A DNA stretch of 64,000 nt, taken from positions 1 through 64,000 of the forward strand of contig JAUCBJ010000412.1 of NCBI GenBank assembly GCA_032718475.1, read 5' to 3'. This document shows positions 45,673-57,843 of the stretch, piece by piece. This stretch comes from Nemertoderma westbladi. Its lineage: Eukaryota; Animalia; Xenacoelomorpha. Each line of letters begins with the position of its first letter. Position 1 is the stretch's first letter. The position numbers and the translations under genes are program-made. The notes under the pieces are model-generated. The model saw only the letters and a program-made list of their open reading frames with translations. It searched no databases and had not been told where the DNA came from.

Positions 45673-46244
45673 AATTTAGTAAAAAATACGATACGAAAAA
45701 TAGAAAGGCAATAAAGAATATAACCATTTATGTAACGCTTCATAAAGTACCACTTTATAGGAAAACAGTTGTTACTTGATTATTAATACGTAATTTAATT
45801 CAAAAATTGAAATGTTTATTTTTGACGGAAAAATGTTCATGTTGATCTCATCACTTCGGCACATCGCCCGAAACACAGGAGATGACAACTACAACTGGAA
45901 TTCCAAACCAACCAACAGTCTACTGGGTCTCAGATTGCTTCTACCCATCGTTTGAACTTCTTCTATAGGCTAAACCATAAGTAAACACGGACGCCGACTT
46001 CCGCTCATAGGAATCGTTGACTCGGTGATTCGTGGACACTTTTGGAGACGCTATCCGAACTTTTACCAGATGGACGGAGTTCCGGTTTACTGTGTTGTCA
46101 ACATCCATGACGCTTGCCAGAAATTGATCACTCTTCTCCGCCTGGAGGTTGGACTTTGGAAAATTAATCTGAAAAATAATATAGATAAATACACTAAAGA
46201 TACAATAAATGAAGCATAATAAAGACGTAATAAAGAATACAGTC

Positions 46245-48730
46245 AACCTTACCCAAACTCCACTCAAACGTCATTCTAACATACCCAAACGCCACTCAAA
46301 CGGCATTCTAACATAACCAAACGCCACCCAAACGTCATTCTAACATAACAAAACTCTATCCAAACGACAGTCTAACATACCCAAACGGCAGTCTATATTG
46401 CACAAGCGCCACCCAAACCTGCAAACGGCAGTCTAACTTACCAAAACGCCACTCAAACAGCATTCTAAGATACACAAGCGCCACCCAAAGGACAGTCTAC
46501 CTTACCCAAATGCCACCCAAACGGCAGTGCTACCTTACCTAAACGCCACACAAACGTCAGTCCACCTTACCCAAACGCCACCCAAACGGCAGTCTACCTT
46601 ACTCAAACGCCACACAAATGGCATTCTAACATACCCAAACGCCACCCAAACGGCATTCTAACATAGACAAACGCCACTCAAACGGCATTATAACATACCC
46701 AACGCCACCCAAACGGCATTCTAACATACCCAACGTCAAACAAACGGCATTCTAACATACCCAAACGCCACGCAAACGGCACTCTAACATACCCAAACGC
46801 CACCCAAACGGCATTCTACCTTACCCAAACGGCATTCAAACATACCCAAACGCCACCCGAACGGCATTCTAACATACCCAAACGGCATTCTAACATAACC
46901 AAACGTCACTCAAACGGCATTACAACATAACCAAACGCCACACGAACGGCAGTCCACCTTACCCAAACGCCACCCAAACGGCAGTCTACCTTACTTAAAC
47001 ATAACTCAAGCGGCATTCTAACATACCCAAACGCCACCCAAACGGCATTCTAACATACACAACGCCACACAAACGGCAATCTAACATACCCAAACGCCAC
47101 CCAAACGGCATTCTAACATACCCAAACGGCATTCTAACACAACCAAACGCCACTCAAATGGCATTCCAACATAACCAAACGCCACACTAACGGCAGTCCA
47201 CCTTACCCAAACTCCACCCAAACGGCAGTCTACCTTACTTAAACATCACTTAAACGGCATTCTAACATACCCAAACGCCACCCAAACGGCAGTCTACCTT
47301 ACCCAAACTCCACCCAAACGGCATTCTAGAATACCCAAACGCCACCCAAACGGCATTCTATCATACACAAACGCCACCCAAACGGCATTCCACCTTACCC
47401 AAACACCACCCAAACGGCAGTCTACCTTACCCAAACGGCATTCTAACATACCCAAACGCCACCCAAACGGCATTCTAGCATACCCAAACTCCACCCAAAC
47501 GGCATTCTAACATACCCAAATGCCACCCAAACGGCATTCTAACATACACAAACGCCACCCAAACGGCATTCAACCTTACCCAAACACCACCCAAACGGCA
47601 GTCTACCTTACCCAAACGGCATTCTAACATACCAAAAATCACCCAAACGGCATTCTAACATACCCAAACCCCACTCAAACGGCATTCTAACATAGGGGCC
47701 GTCCAAGTATGACGTCAGCACTTTAGGGGGGGGAGGGGGGTTGGGAAAATCTGATGACGTGCTGATGAGGGGAGGGGAGGGGGTCAGCCAAAATCTGACG
47801 TCAGCATGTTCATTTATAGGTGCTAGAAGAGATATAGCAGAAGAGTAAATAGCTTGCCTATTTTAATTGTTCGAAGCCCCCGAAGGCCCGTAGCACGACC
47901 TTCTGTTTCAGTTACCAGTCACCATGTTTCAGTGATTAGGACGCGTTCTACTGGGGTACTGCGGTACTGGGGTTCGCCTGAAAATGAAACATTAATCGCT
48001 AAGCTAATGATTGTTAGAGACTGCAGTACCGGTACCTCTACCGGTTCATATAGGCCTATTATTAGCTTATGTTTGTTTATTATCATTCATAAACTGCTGT
48101 CGCATCAGGTACAAGTACAGTATGTAAACGATAGGCTATCCTACTACAACTCTATACCTTCCTATATACAGTAGATAAGCTATGTAACTACAGCCAGCCC
48201 CCGTGCCCGCCCCCTCCAATGCAATATAATACCTCCTTTATCCTGCTGAAAAGTTTTATTATTCTTTTGCAATATTTGATAATTTATTCTTTCTTGGCAT
48301 ACACTTAACTAATTTAATTCGTGATTCGACAAGTGATTATAAATAATCTTCATAATATAATAGTTTATTACAAATTTTTTTTTAATCTGATTTAGGGGGG
48401 GGGGGGGGGGGGGGGGTCAACGCCTATCTGATGACATCTGATTTAGGGGAGGGAGGGGGTCAACATTTTGGGGAAAAGTGCAGACGTCATACTTGGACGG
48501 CCCCATACCCAAACGCCACCCAAACGACATTCTACTGTACCTGACCCAAACGCCACTCAAACGGCATTCTAACATAGGCCTACCCAAACGCCAAATCAAA
48601 CGGCATTCTAACATACTGACATACCCCTACGCCACCCTAACGGCATTCTAACATAGGCCTACCCAAACAGCCAAACGCCACCCAAACGGCATTCTAACAT
48701 AGGCCCACCCAAACGGCAGTCTAACATACA
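46245..48730. repeat. 32-bp tandem array (ACCCAAACGCCACCCAAACGGCATTCTAACAT), split by a MITE
   Basis: Unit built from two 11-bp ACCCAAACG.C subunits plus ATTCTAACAT or AGTCTACCTT. Inverted copies of the subunit at 49310-49445. Confidence 0.93.
47695..48504. mobile_element. 810-bp MITE, PIF/Harbinger-like
   Basis: 30-bp TIRs GGGGCCGTCCAAGTATGACGTC(A/T)GCACTTT. 3-bp TSD ATA (47692-47694 and 48505-48507). The host array resumes in phase. Confidence 0.9.
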
Positions 48731-50389
48731 GACATATACCCGCATAAAACACATACGCACTTTTATTGTTTATTTTTGCCTTTTCCAAAACAATACCTAA
48801 ACGTTATAACGTTTATTGTTGTGGTTAGAAAGGCCGGCCCATGTAACCTGATCGTTTACATTATTATAAGAATCGGTAATAGGCTTGTCGGTAGTCGCTA
48901 GTCGGTCAGTCGGTGTAACATTTACAAACGCAGTTGTGTTAACATTTCAGTGGCCGACAGTTTACAGTCAGACAGTACTGCAGTAGGCGGTCAGGCGGTA
49001 GGCCTAAGCTATTCAGCTATTCTACAAACAGACATACCGCAGTACCGGCATACCGCTGTACCGGCTGACCGGTTGCCGGTACCTGGGTACTGGTACTGCA
49101 GTCAGGCAGTACTGTAGGCTATTTCAGTATTTGGTAGGTAAGGTTGTACGGTACCGGTTAATTTCACCGTTTATCTACTGACTCACTGATTTAGGATGAT
49201 ACAGTGATAGGGAGTAGGCCTACCCTATTCTATCAGTCTACAGGTCTATAGCTGTATACTGGTATAGGGAGGTAATTTTTATCCGCCAGTTCATTTATTT
49301 GTAGTGCTGTTTGGGTAGTATTGGGCGCCGATTGGGTGCCGTTTGCTGGCTTGCAGTTTGGGTGCGTTTACGTGTCGTTTGGGTGCCGTTTGGGTGCCGT
49401 TTGGGCATTGGGTGCGTTTCAGTCTGTGCGTTTGGCTGTTTGGGTAATTCAGTAATTAGTCACACGCACACCCATTTCACCATTTCCAGATTTCAGAACA
49501 TGATTATCAGATTATACAATTTCTGAATTTTATTTCAGTCCAACGGTTCTATCACTTTTGCGTAGGCCTACTGATCAGCTGATGGATGTTAGTGTATCAT
49601 CCATCACAAGAGACGTAACTTGAGAATTGTAGCCTATTATATCTTAATTTCATTTGTGCTATTTGTAAATACTGAAATATGTATTTATGTATGACAGTCT
49701 GACAGTTAGGGTAGGCAGTCGGGGAGAAGTTCAAATTTAGTTGAAATTTAAAAGTTTTTTTTTAAAATTCAACTTTAAAGTTGTAAATTCAACTCTAAAA
49801 TGGCAGGCTGGCAGGAGGCCCAGAAGGCCCCCAAGTGCCAAGACGTGACAGATTTTAGGCCTATTGTTTTTATGGACAGATGACAGATGGATGTAAAACT
49901 ATCTGCGCGTTCGCTTTCTACAGCCATTTTAAAAATGTTACTTTTTCCGAAAATTTCTTAAATAGGAAATATTTTTTGGACTTCCTATTTAGAGGTTTAA
50001 CTTATTTCTTATTTAAAATATTTTATGTCTTGATTTTTCTTAATTAAGGAAAATGATGACTTGCCAGTTCAATTTAAGACGATGTTAAATGTAGTAAATA
50101 AAATACTAACAAATTGCAAAATGATAGAGCAATATAGTAAATACTGAAATAAGTTAGTGTTATTGCTGTAGTCCTACTCGTGTTCGTGTAGGGCCTACCA
50201 GCCTACTTTCTGACTGTACTGTAGGGTGTGTGATAAAAGCCTACAAGATACTAATGATATATAGCAGTAGAGCTGTATAGCATATAGGACTATCAGACTA
50301 TGATATATGTCAAGGGGGAAATATATTTGCAGATTGCAGTCATTGTTGCTATTATCTGATTCTGATTATATACTACCGGCTGACCGGTA

Positions 50390-50835
50390 TATATATTATT
50401 GTAAAAATATTTTTCCATCAATAATGATTAATTATTGTAAAAATATTATTGCATAAATAATTATTAATTATTAAAAAAAATATTATTGCATAAATAATTA
50501 TTAATTATTGTAAAAATAATATAGCATCACATCAATCTGTCAATAGTTAATAATTATTTTAAAATATTATTACAAAGCAGCAAAGAAATTATTAATTAAG
50601 CCTACTGGTATTGTAAAAATAATATTGCATGAATAATTATTAATCTGTTAATTATTACAAAAATATTATTGCTTGATGCATAATTAATCATTAGGCCTAA
50701 TTCTGTAATTATTATAAAATAACATTGCATTAATTATTATAAAAAGAATATTGCAGTATTGCATTAATAATTATTAAATATTTTAAAATATTATTAATCA
50801 ATAATTATTACTGTAATAATTATTGTAAAAATATC
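50390..50835. repeat. Degenerate AT-rich minisatellite (AATAATTATTAATTATTGTAAAAATATTATTGCAT-like)
   Basis: Roughly 35-bp recurring unit, more than 10 degenerate copies. Confidence 0.75.
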
Positions 50836-50949
50836 CCTCTGTGTTGGAGGGATGTAGTTTTATATTCTGTATTATCTAAAAATGCAAACCATATAGCCTA
50901 GACAGGACAGGATAAGTACGGGCAAGTAAGAGGTAAGGTAAGGACAAGA

Positions 50950-51010
50950 ACTGTTGCGGTGCAGAACTCCTTTACAAATCGTGTTGTGCCTGTTTGGAAC
51001 AATCGGTACG
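50950..51010 (+). pseudogene. Tiny relic of a CR1/L2-type LINE C-terminus
   Basis: Reads NSFTNRVVPVWNN, resembling the F.NRVV..WN.L terminal motif of CR1-group ORF2. Confidence 0.45.
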
Positions 51011-51628
51011 CTATTGTGACTGGTGACTTCCCCATAATTTGTGCTTGTGATAATATCTCAAAGATTTATGTAAACCGCATTAAAAATTTAATACTGGAAA
51101 ATATACGTAGTAGGCCTAGGCCTACTTAAAGCCGTAAGCAATATGCAGATATGACCATAACTACAGAACAGACTGACAGAACTAACTAAATGGCAATTAA
51201 ATATCAATTATTGCCCGGCACATAATAAAATACTGAATTGAAAATTTATAATCCGGTTCCGATCAAAATGTTAGTTCCGCTCGTTCCTTACCCCCCCCCC
51301 CCCCCCTTATACCTTATTACCTATATACTTTTATACGTGTCATACAGTCATTCATCTACCTCATACATACATCAACATCATACACATGCATTGCAGCATT
51401 ACATACCGCATACGGATACATTACCGAACGTAATCAGGATCGAATGTAACATAGTTATTACGTATCGAACGTAACCGCAATTATGTTACATTGGATCCTA
51501 TAACTATGTTACATTCGATCTACAAAAAAAAGAACTAAGCTCGAATGTAACATTGCCATTTACAGATTTAAAGGAGCAGGTTACAGAGGCGTGTTGGGGG
51601 AACCAAAACAATAAACGAAAGTTAACAC

Positions 51629-53122
51629 ATGTTACAATATTATGCAGGTTACGTTTATTTAAAGGCTGAATATAATTCAGAAACCAATAAGCAGATACTG
51701 AGACTCCTGCAATGCTATGAGGATTCCGATAAGTATTTCCTGTTGTTGAGAAATCCACAGATGCGCTTAAGGGATCGTTTCTCTAGCACAATGATAGATG
51801 GGTTAATACGCGTTGGAGGAAGACTAACTAATGCTCCATTATCCTTTGACACTAAGTTTCCCATACTCATTAGAAATCTTGAAATACAAATCAAGATGAT
51901 TGTAGATGTTCACAGTAAGCTTTACCATGCTGGTAGAGAACGAGTTCTTAGCGAAATTCGAACTCGCTATTATTTTCATAAACCCCGTAGAGCTCTGAAC
52001 CAAGTTCTTAGGAACTGTATACCCTGTAGGAAAGCATTCAGTAGGCCTTTAACACAGCGAGAGGCAGAATTACCTAGGGAACGAGTAAGCTTCTACGAAC
52101 CACCCTTCACAAATACCGGTGTTGATTTATTTGGCCCTATTGAAGTATATCGTGCTAGGACTATAGTCAAGAGATGGTGTGTCATCTTTGTCTGTATGAC
52201 TTGTAGAGCTATCCATCTCGATATGGTGAACGATCTATCTACCAACAGCTTCATACTGAGCTTACGCCGACAGATCGCTCGCTTTGGAACTAGTAACACG
52301 ATGAGATCTGATAAGAGAACGAACTTCATTGGTGCCAACAATGAAATCAAGGCTTACGTCAAAGATTGGAACCAAAGACAGGTGGACGATCAGCTAAGGG
52401 TAACAGCTTCTAGCTGGACCTTCAACGCCGCCGACGCCCCTTGGTGGGGAGGAAGTTGGGAGAGATTAATCAGGAGCGTGAAGACCGCATTTCACTTTAT
52501 AGTGCCGTGCCGCGCATATCTCACCGACGAACTTTTGCGGACGTTAATGGAGGAAATCGCCGCCTATCTCAACGAGAGACCGCTTATGCCAGTCTCATCG
52601 AGTCCCGACTCCCTAGAAGCGCTAACACCCGCGCATTTCCTACTGAAGAAACCTGTAGCCATGCTCCCACGATCGGAAATCACGGACGGAGACGAATACT
52701 GCCGACAAACTTGGCAACTTATGCAGTTGTTATCCCGTCGATTCGCTGACCATTTCGAAAAACATTATCTGCCTACGCTACAACTTCGAACAAAGTGGTT
52801 TGCGCAGCAAGAAAACGTCAGTGCCGGAGACATGGTCCTTATTGTGGAATCAGATCTTCCACGTAAGCGGTGGCAGACAGGTCGTATCATCGAGACTCAC
52901 ATCTCAGATGATGGTTTGGTGCGATCGGTAGAACTCGTCGTCATGCGACGTAACTTTAAGAAACCGGGAATTGTCTTTGAGACGCAGCAGCTCAATCGCC
53001 CAGTTGGTCGTTTATGTTTACTGGAAAGAGACAGTGAACTCTCCGGAAACTATGGAAGGCAAGATACTCTTCCTACGACCACTTCCCTAATCCGACAAAT
53101 ATCTAGGGACTCCATAACGTAA
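51629..53122 (+). CDS. BEL/Pao integrase region ORF, 497 aa, from a second family, 5'-truncated
   Basis: DGLIRVGGRL, HSKLYHAG..CIPC zinc finger, PFTNTGVDLFGP, SDKRTNF, WERLIRSVK, LTPAHFL, RPVGRLCLLE. Clearly diverged from the 30086-38497 integrase. Confidence 0.92.
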   Translation: MLQYYAGYVYLKAEYNSETNKQILRLLQCYEDSDKYFLLLRNPQMRLRDRFSSTMIDGLIRVGGRLTNAPLSFDTKFPILIRNLEIQIKMIVDVHSKLYHAGRERVLSEIRTRYYFHKPRRALNQVLRNCIPCRKAFSRPLTQREAELPRERVSFYEPPFTNTGVDLFGPIEVYRARTIVKRWCVIFVCMTCRAIHLDMVNDLSTNSFILSLRRQIARFGTSNTMRSDKRTNFIGANNEIKAYVKDWNQRQVDDQLRVTASSWTFNAADAPWWGGSWERLIRSVKTAFHFIVPCRAYLTDELLRTLMEEIAAYLNERPLMPVSSSPDSLEALTPAHFLLKKPVAMLPRSEITDGDEYCRQTWQLMQLLSRRFADHFEKHYLPTLQLRTKWFAQQENVSAGDMVLIVESDLPRKRWQTGRIIETHISDDGLVRSVELVVMRRNFKKPGIVFETQQLNRPVGRLCLLERDSELSGNYGRQDTLPTTTSLIRQISRDSIT

Positions 53123-53140
53123 TAACATATGGAGTGGGCG

Positions 53141-53548
53141 TGTGACTATATCATTTTATATTTGTTTTTATTTTTATATTTATGTATGTATTATTATGTA
53201 CTTTTATTATAATCGTTTTCTTTAATTTTATTTAGTAGAATGTTATTTTAGCGATTATCTAGTAGATTAGTGCAATATATATTAGTCTTATTACTTAATT
53301 ACTTATATTATATATATTTAGTGCGACGGCGAGAAATAATCCTTTTTCTCTTTCCTTACTGTTCGTATTACATTATAAATACGTGACTACAGTAAGATGA
53401 AATATCCGTACTTATTAAAGTACAATAAAGCTCCTACTATACTCAAGTATTATTGGTAAGTAGAGTATTAGGAATGCAAAGTTCAGATCCTCGTGTCTCA
53501 GCTAAACCAAGCTCTGGGTAGACCTTGGAAACGACTTGCCTCTTCACA
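53141..53548 (+). repeat. Probable 3' LTR of the second BEL/Pao family
   Basis: Preceded by purine-rich GGAGTGGGCG (53131-53140). TGTGA...TCACA inverted ends and an internal AATAAA near 53424. No second copy in the window, so the right end is inferred. Confidence 0.6.
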
Positions 53549-54326
53549 CTGACATTGCTTCGTGCGATATTGCTCCTCTACCTTATATTAAATAATACAT
53601 ATAGTAGCGTGATGTCCCCTTAACAGTAGCGTAAAACGCAAAATAAATCTGTTGAACCCTTTGACCATCTGCAATTCTAGTCGATTAAGATATCGCGGCA
53701 CCCACCGATATACTTGAAAGACAAAATTCTAGAATCAATGGTTAACGTCCCCAGACAAGTTCTGGAATAAACCGGTGCCCATCTTAAATATTAACTATTA
53801 ATATTTATAAAATATGTCAAACAAATACAATAGAGTAAATACTTACAACTGAAACAACTGAAATAAATGTATGTTACATTCGGGCTTAGTAGCCTAATTT
53901 GTAGATCGAATGTAACATAGTTAGTTATAGGATCCAATACATAATTGAGGTTACGTTCAATTCGTAAAAACTATGTTACATTCGATCCTGATTACGTTCG
54001 GTCTGTCACCCACCGCATACTGGTATAGGCCTACAATATTACATACCGTATTACAAATAGACAGTACATTTTACAATACCATTCGGATGTCTTGTCTATT
54101 TCCGTGAATAGGGTATAGGGCCTTCGCCGTCACTTTGATAAACATAACATAAGTATTGAAGTTAGTCAGTGTATTCCTCTGTTAGCTACTACTGCCAGAC
54201 TGCTACGTGGTGCTACGTACGTCCTCAGTTATTTCCAGGTTAGTTTGTGTATATGCGAATTCGCCATCAGTGCGTCACTTAATATTAAAGTTACATTGGA
54301 CAAGGACTCGATATAAAACAAATAAT

Positions 54327-55142
54327 ATGCTTAGGTATATGAACAAAAAAGATGGGAAAGAGGCGAAGGTATTTAATAATGTAACAGAGGGGTTGAAGCA
54401 TTTATATGACACCAGAATTTATCCTCTAGAAGAGCACTATAAGTTCAATGAGTTCCATTCTCCCTTTCTTTCCGACTCAGACTTCACGGCTAAACCGATG
54501 GTACTCGTCGTAGGTCAATATTCAACCGGGAAGACCACATTCCTCCATTACCTATTGGAGGAAAAGATCCCACACTCTAAAATCGGTCCGGAGATGACGA
54601 CGGATAAATTCCACGCGATTCAATTCGGTGAACACGAAGGCCACATCCCAGGGAACGCGTTGGTACACGATAAGAAACGACCGTTCGCGAGTTTATCTCT
54701 GTACGGGAACTCCTTCCTTAACCGGTTCCACTGCACTGTCATGCCTAACCAGGTGCTCGAGTCTATCAGTCTGGTAGATTCGCCCGGGATCCTATCGGGA
54801 GAGGAGCAGCGTCTCGATCGCGGATACGATTTCACCGCGGTCCTCACCTGGTTCGCACACCGCGTCGACCGCATTATTCTACTGTTCGACGCTCACAAAC
54901 TCGATATCTCCGACGAGTTCAGGCGGGCGATCCAGGCCTTGAAGGGCAACGACGATAAGATCAGGATCGTGCTTAACAAAGCTGATCGCGTCGACGATCA
55001 GGAGCTCATGCGGGTTTACGGGGCGTTGATGTGGTCGTTAGGGAAGGTAATAAACACGCCGGAGGTTGCTAGGGTATACATCGGTTCCTACTGGGACCAT
55101 CCTTTGCACATAGACACCAACAGGAAGCTGTTTGAGAAGGAG
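54327..55142 (+). CDS. EH-domain-containing dynamin-like ATPase (EHD/RME-1/Past1 family), exon 1
   Basis: PLEEHYKFNEFHSP, P-loop GQYSTGKTTF, DSPGILSGE, FDAHKLDISDEF, NKAD, PEVARVYIGSYW. Donor GAG/GTCAGT at 55143, phase 0. Confidence 0.94.
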
Positions 55143-55920
55143 GTCAGTCTAATAACTAACATTAAACGTTTATCCTGGAGCCTATTTTAGTTGTTTATTT
55201 ATGTAGCTGGCTGACTGTTAAACTATTAATGGTTTACTAATAGTAACAACAACTACAAATATTTTTTCACGTACCGGTACCGGTAGCTTTTGAGAGTAGA
55301 TATGATAGGCCTATTAATTTCTCCTACACTAGACCAAGCGCAAGCGGCAGCTTTGTCTAGGGGTCAGGAGGAAATGGGAACTAGAGCAAATTGGGAAGCA
55401 GAGGAAGCAAAGACACCCTGGGACCCTGGTTATATTGGATGGGAATACCGTATAGTACATATTTATTCGGTGGAAGATCTCCCATAGTGGTGAGCAGACA
55501 TTCCTTAATGAGCCTACAATATTCCTCCATTTATTTATTAATCAGTGTTAAATACCTCTTATTTATTGCTACCTTTTTATTAGGTATATAATCAAATCAT
55601 TGATTAAACTGGGACCAGTAAGTAAGAGTTAACTAGTTACTAGGAAATAGTGCCATTACTACCCCGGTAACACTCAGACCGAGTATGAGTGTTTCCGTTG
55701 ATTTTTATCTAGTCGCTCTGCAGTTCGTTTTTCCGATTGAAAGATGAAAGATGACGTTGTGACTTGTAAGGATCCCAAATATATACTAAAATTTAAATTT
55801 TAGCTGTAAATGTTACAAGCTTGGTGGGACTACTGAGACACCACTAATGCTGTACCTATAGTGTCTGGAGCTGGTTCATTGTATTTGACTCAATGGACTA
55901 GGCAGTTTTATTCTACATCC

Positions 55921-56085
55921 CTAATGTGACTTCCAAACCCTGAACACTTCCAATGGTGCCCATGTCTCCCCCTTACGTTTACGAAGGTCTTCACTTGACT
56001 TCATCATCCATGATGCCAAGTGGCAGAAGTCATCCACGTGCTCAAGCACACCACCCGTAGATCTTATGCTCATACGATCAAAGTT
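55921..56085 (-). pseudogene. Degraded RTE-like LINE fragment in the EHD intron
   Basis: DRMSIRSTGGVLEHVDDFCHLASWMMKSSEDLRKRKGETW matches DRMSISSKDGMLEHVDDFCYLGSWIRKSGEDLRIRKGKAW of the 11399-13009 ORF. Confidence 0.88.
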
Positions 56086-56710
56086 GAAGAAGAAGAACAT
56101 CACAACCCCCTGTTAGTCAGTATGTCGGTACATTCAATTATCACGAAGAAGAAGAAGACTGGCTAAATAATGAAAGCAATAAATACAATTCAGACGCACC
56201 CACTGTGGAGGAGGGAGGTGAAACTATGTCTGTTTCTAATTTCATGCAATCTAATCTTATTGCGATTTTTTTTACAAGATCCTGTCACTACCCCCAATCA
56301 CCTTTTGCGATTTTATCTATAATTAATTATAAATTTTTGATTTTCCGATATGGGATGTATCTTAAAAGCACTTACCGTCTCTAATTCAATAAATAGTCAG
56401 TGCACCCTGGGATGAGGCTTAAGGCAGGGATTTTATTTAGACCTAAATTTGTGCTTGTTAGAGAATGATTGAAGAGATTATGTGTCTAACTTCCCTCTCA
56501 ATGTAATATGATTTTTAGGTACATTAAACTCCATATCACCTTTACTGTCTACAGTATGAGTGTCGGCAGTATGAATGTTTGTGTTTAGATATACTTGGTG
56601 TTGGTGTGGGTTGCCTGTAGTTAAATTACGGTGAGGATTAGCCTAGATAATCTTGTCTGAGATGTGGTGTATTTAATTATCACTAATGTATATATGCACA
56701 CGAAAAAAAA

Positions 56711-56960
56711 GGGGGGGGGGGGGGGGGGGCACAATTCACATCTTGGCGAATTCATATCTCGCATCAATGTTATTCTCTCAATTTAGGGAAAGGAGTAGTT
56801 AGCAGTTTACCGTAATTCTAACCAAAACAATAAAGGAATCCCAACAGATAAGGTTTTATTTTTGGGAGTAATCAACTGTTATTTGCATAGAATTTCCCTT
56901 GGAGTGTGGTGAATTTATATTGTGTCGAAATCCCCCCCCCCCCCCCCCCCCCCCCTTATC
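56711..56960 (+). repeat. Dispersed ~250-bp repeat; second copy at about 61869-62130
   Basis: Both copies read poly-G, CTTGGCGAATT.ATATC.CGC.TCAATGTTA...CAATTTAGGGAAAGGAG...AACCAAAACAATAAA...GAGTAATCA.CTGTTA.TTGC...AATTTCCC.TGGAG. Confidence 0.8.
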
Positions 56961-57042
56961 TGATGTACACAATGTCTGTGTGTCAATCTATCCTAGTTTA
57001 CAGTTTCACAGAGTTTTAAATGGATTATTATTATTATTTTAG

Positions 57043-57843
57043 AGAACTGATCTGTTTGACGATCTTAAAAGCCTCCCTAAGAACGCGGCGGTTCGGAAAC
57101 TAAACGATCTTATTAAACGCTCTCGTCTCGCCATCGTCCACGCGCACATCATCAGCAGCCTCAGGAACGATATGCCGTCGATGTGGGGCAAAGAGAAAGC
57201 CAAACAGAACCTCATTGATAAATTACACGAGACCTTCTTTCGGATCCAGAAAGAAACCAACGTTTCTGCCGGTGACTTTCCCGACATCCATCAGATGCGC
57301 GAGAAACTAAAGGACTACGACTTCAGCAAGTTCCACCACATGAACCAGAAGCTCGTCAACCGAGTTCACGACATGTTGAGCTCGGAGATCTCTCAGCTGA
57401 TGGCGTTGATACAGTCGGAAGAGCAGCAGTCGACACCGCAGGAGCGCCGGGTGCGGGGTGGGGCGTTCGAGGGCGAGGAGGACTCGCCCTTTGCCGCGGG
57501 CTACGGGGAGGGTACGGGAGCGGGTCTGGGGGAACAGCGGTGGATCGTTGAGGACAATATGAACAACTACGAGCGGTTGTTCGACAGTCTGGGCCCGATA
57601 GACGGACGGGTCAGTGGCGCCGCCGCCAAGAAGGAGATGTTGAAGTCGAAACTCCCCAACACTCTCCTCGGGAGGATCTGGAAACTCTCGGATATCGACC
57701 GGGATGGTATGCTCGATCTGGAGGAGTTTGGATTGGCTATGCATCTCATTAACGTAAAGTTGGAAGGACATGATCTCCCTTCTTATGATAAACTACCGGG
57801 CCATTTAATTCCGCCAAGTAAACGAGGTTTCATAAATGATTGA
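57043..57843 (+). CDS. EHD family ATPase, exon 2 (helical domain and EH domain); spliced product 538 aa
   Basis: Acceptor TTATTTTAG/AGA at 57042 gives FEKE|RTDLFDDLKSLPKNAAVRKLNDLIKR, matching the family consensus. EH domain SKLPNTLLGRIWKLSDIDRDGMLDLEEF..LIPPSKR. Confidence 0.94.
   Translation, partial: RTDLFDDLKSLPKNAAVRKLNDLIKRSRLAIVHAHIISSLRNDMPSMWGKEKAKQNLIDKLHETFFRIQKETNVSAGDFPDIHQMREKLKDYDFSKFHHMNQKLVNRVHDMLSSEISQLMALIQSEEQQSTPQERRVRGGAFEGEEDSPFAAGYGEGTGAGLGEQRWIVEDNMNNYERLFDSLGPIDGRVSGAAAKKEMLKSKLPNTLLGRIWKLSDIDRDGMLDLEEFGLAMHLINVKLEGHDLPSYDKLPGHLIPPSKRGFIND

Larger units (their letters stand above)
51414..54011. mobile_element. Mutator (MULE)-like non-autonomous element enclosing a BEL/Pao 3' fragment
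   Basis: 9-bp direct repeat ACCGCATAC at 51405-51413 and 54012-54020. GG...CC ends. ~110-bp TIRs ACCGAACGTAATCAGGATCGAATGTAACATAGTT...ATGTTACATTCGATCTACAAA. Confidence 0.85.

Noticed and set aside
54207-54326. N-terminal extension of EHD, and the read-through tail 55143-55190
   Set aside because: GTG start; family similarity begins near the Met at 54327, and the tail is intron sequence after the GT donor.
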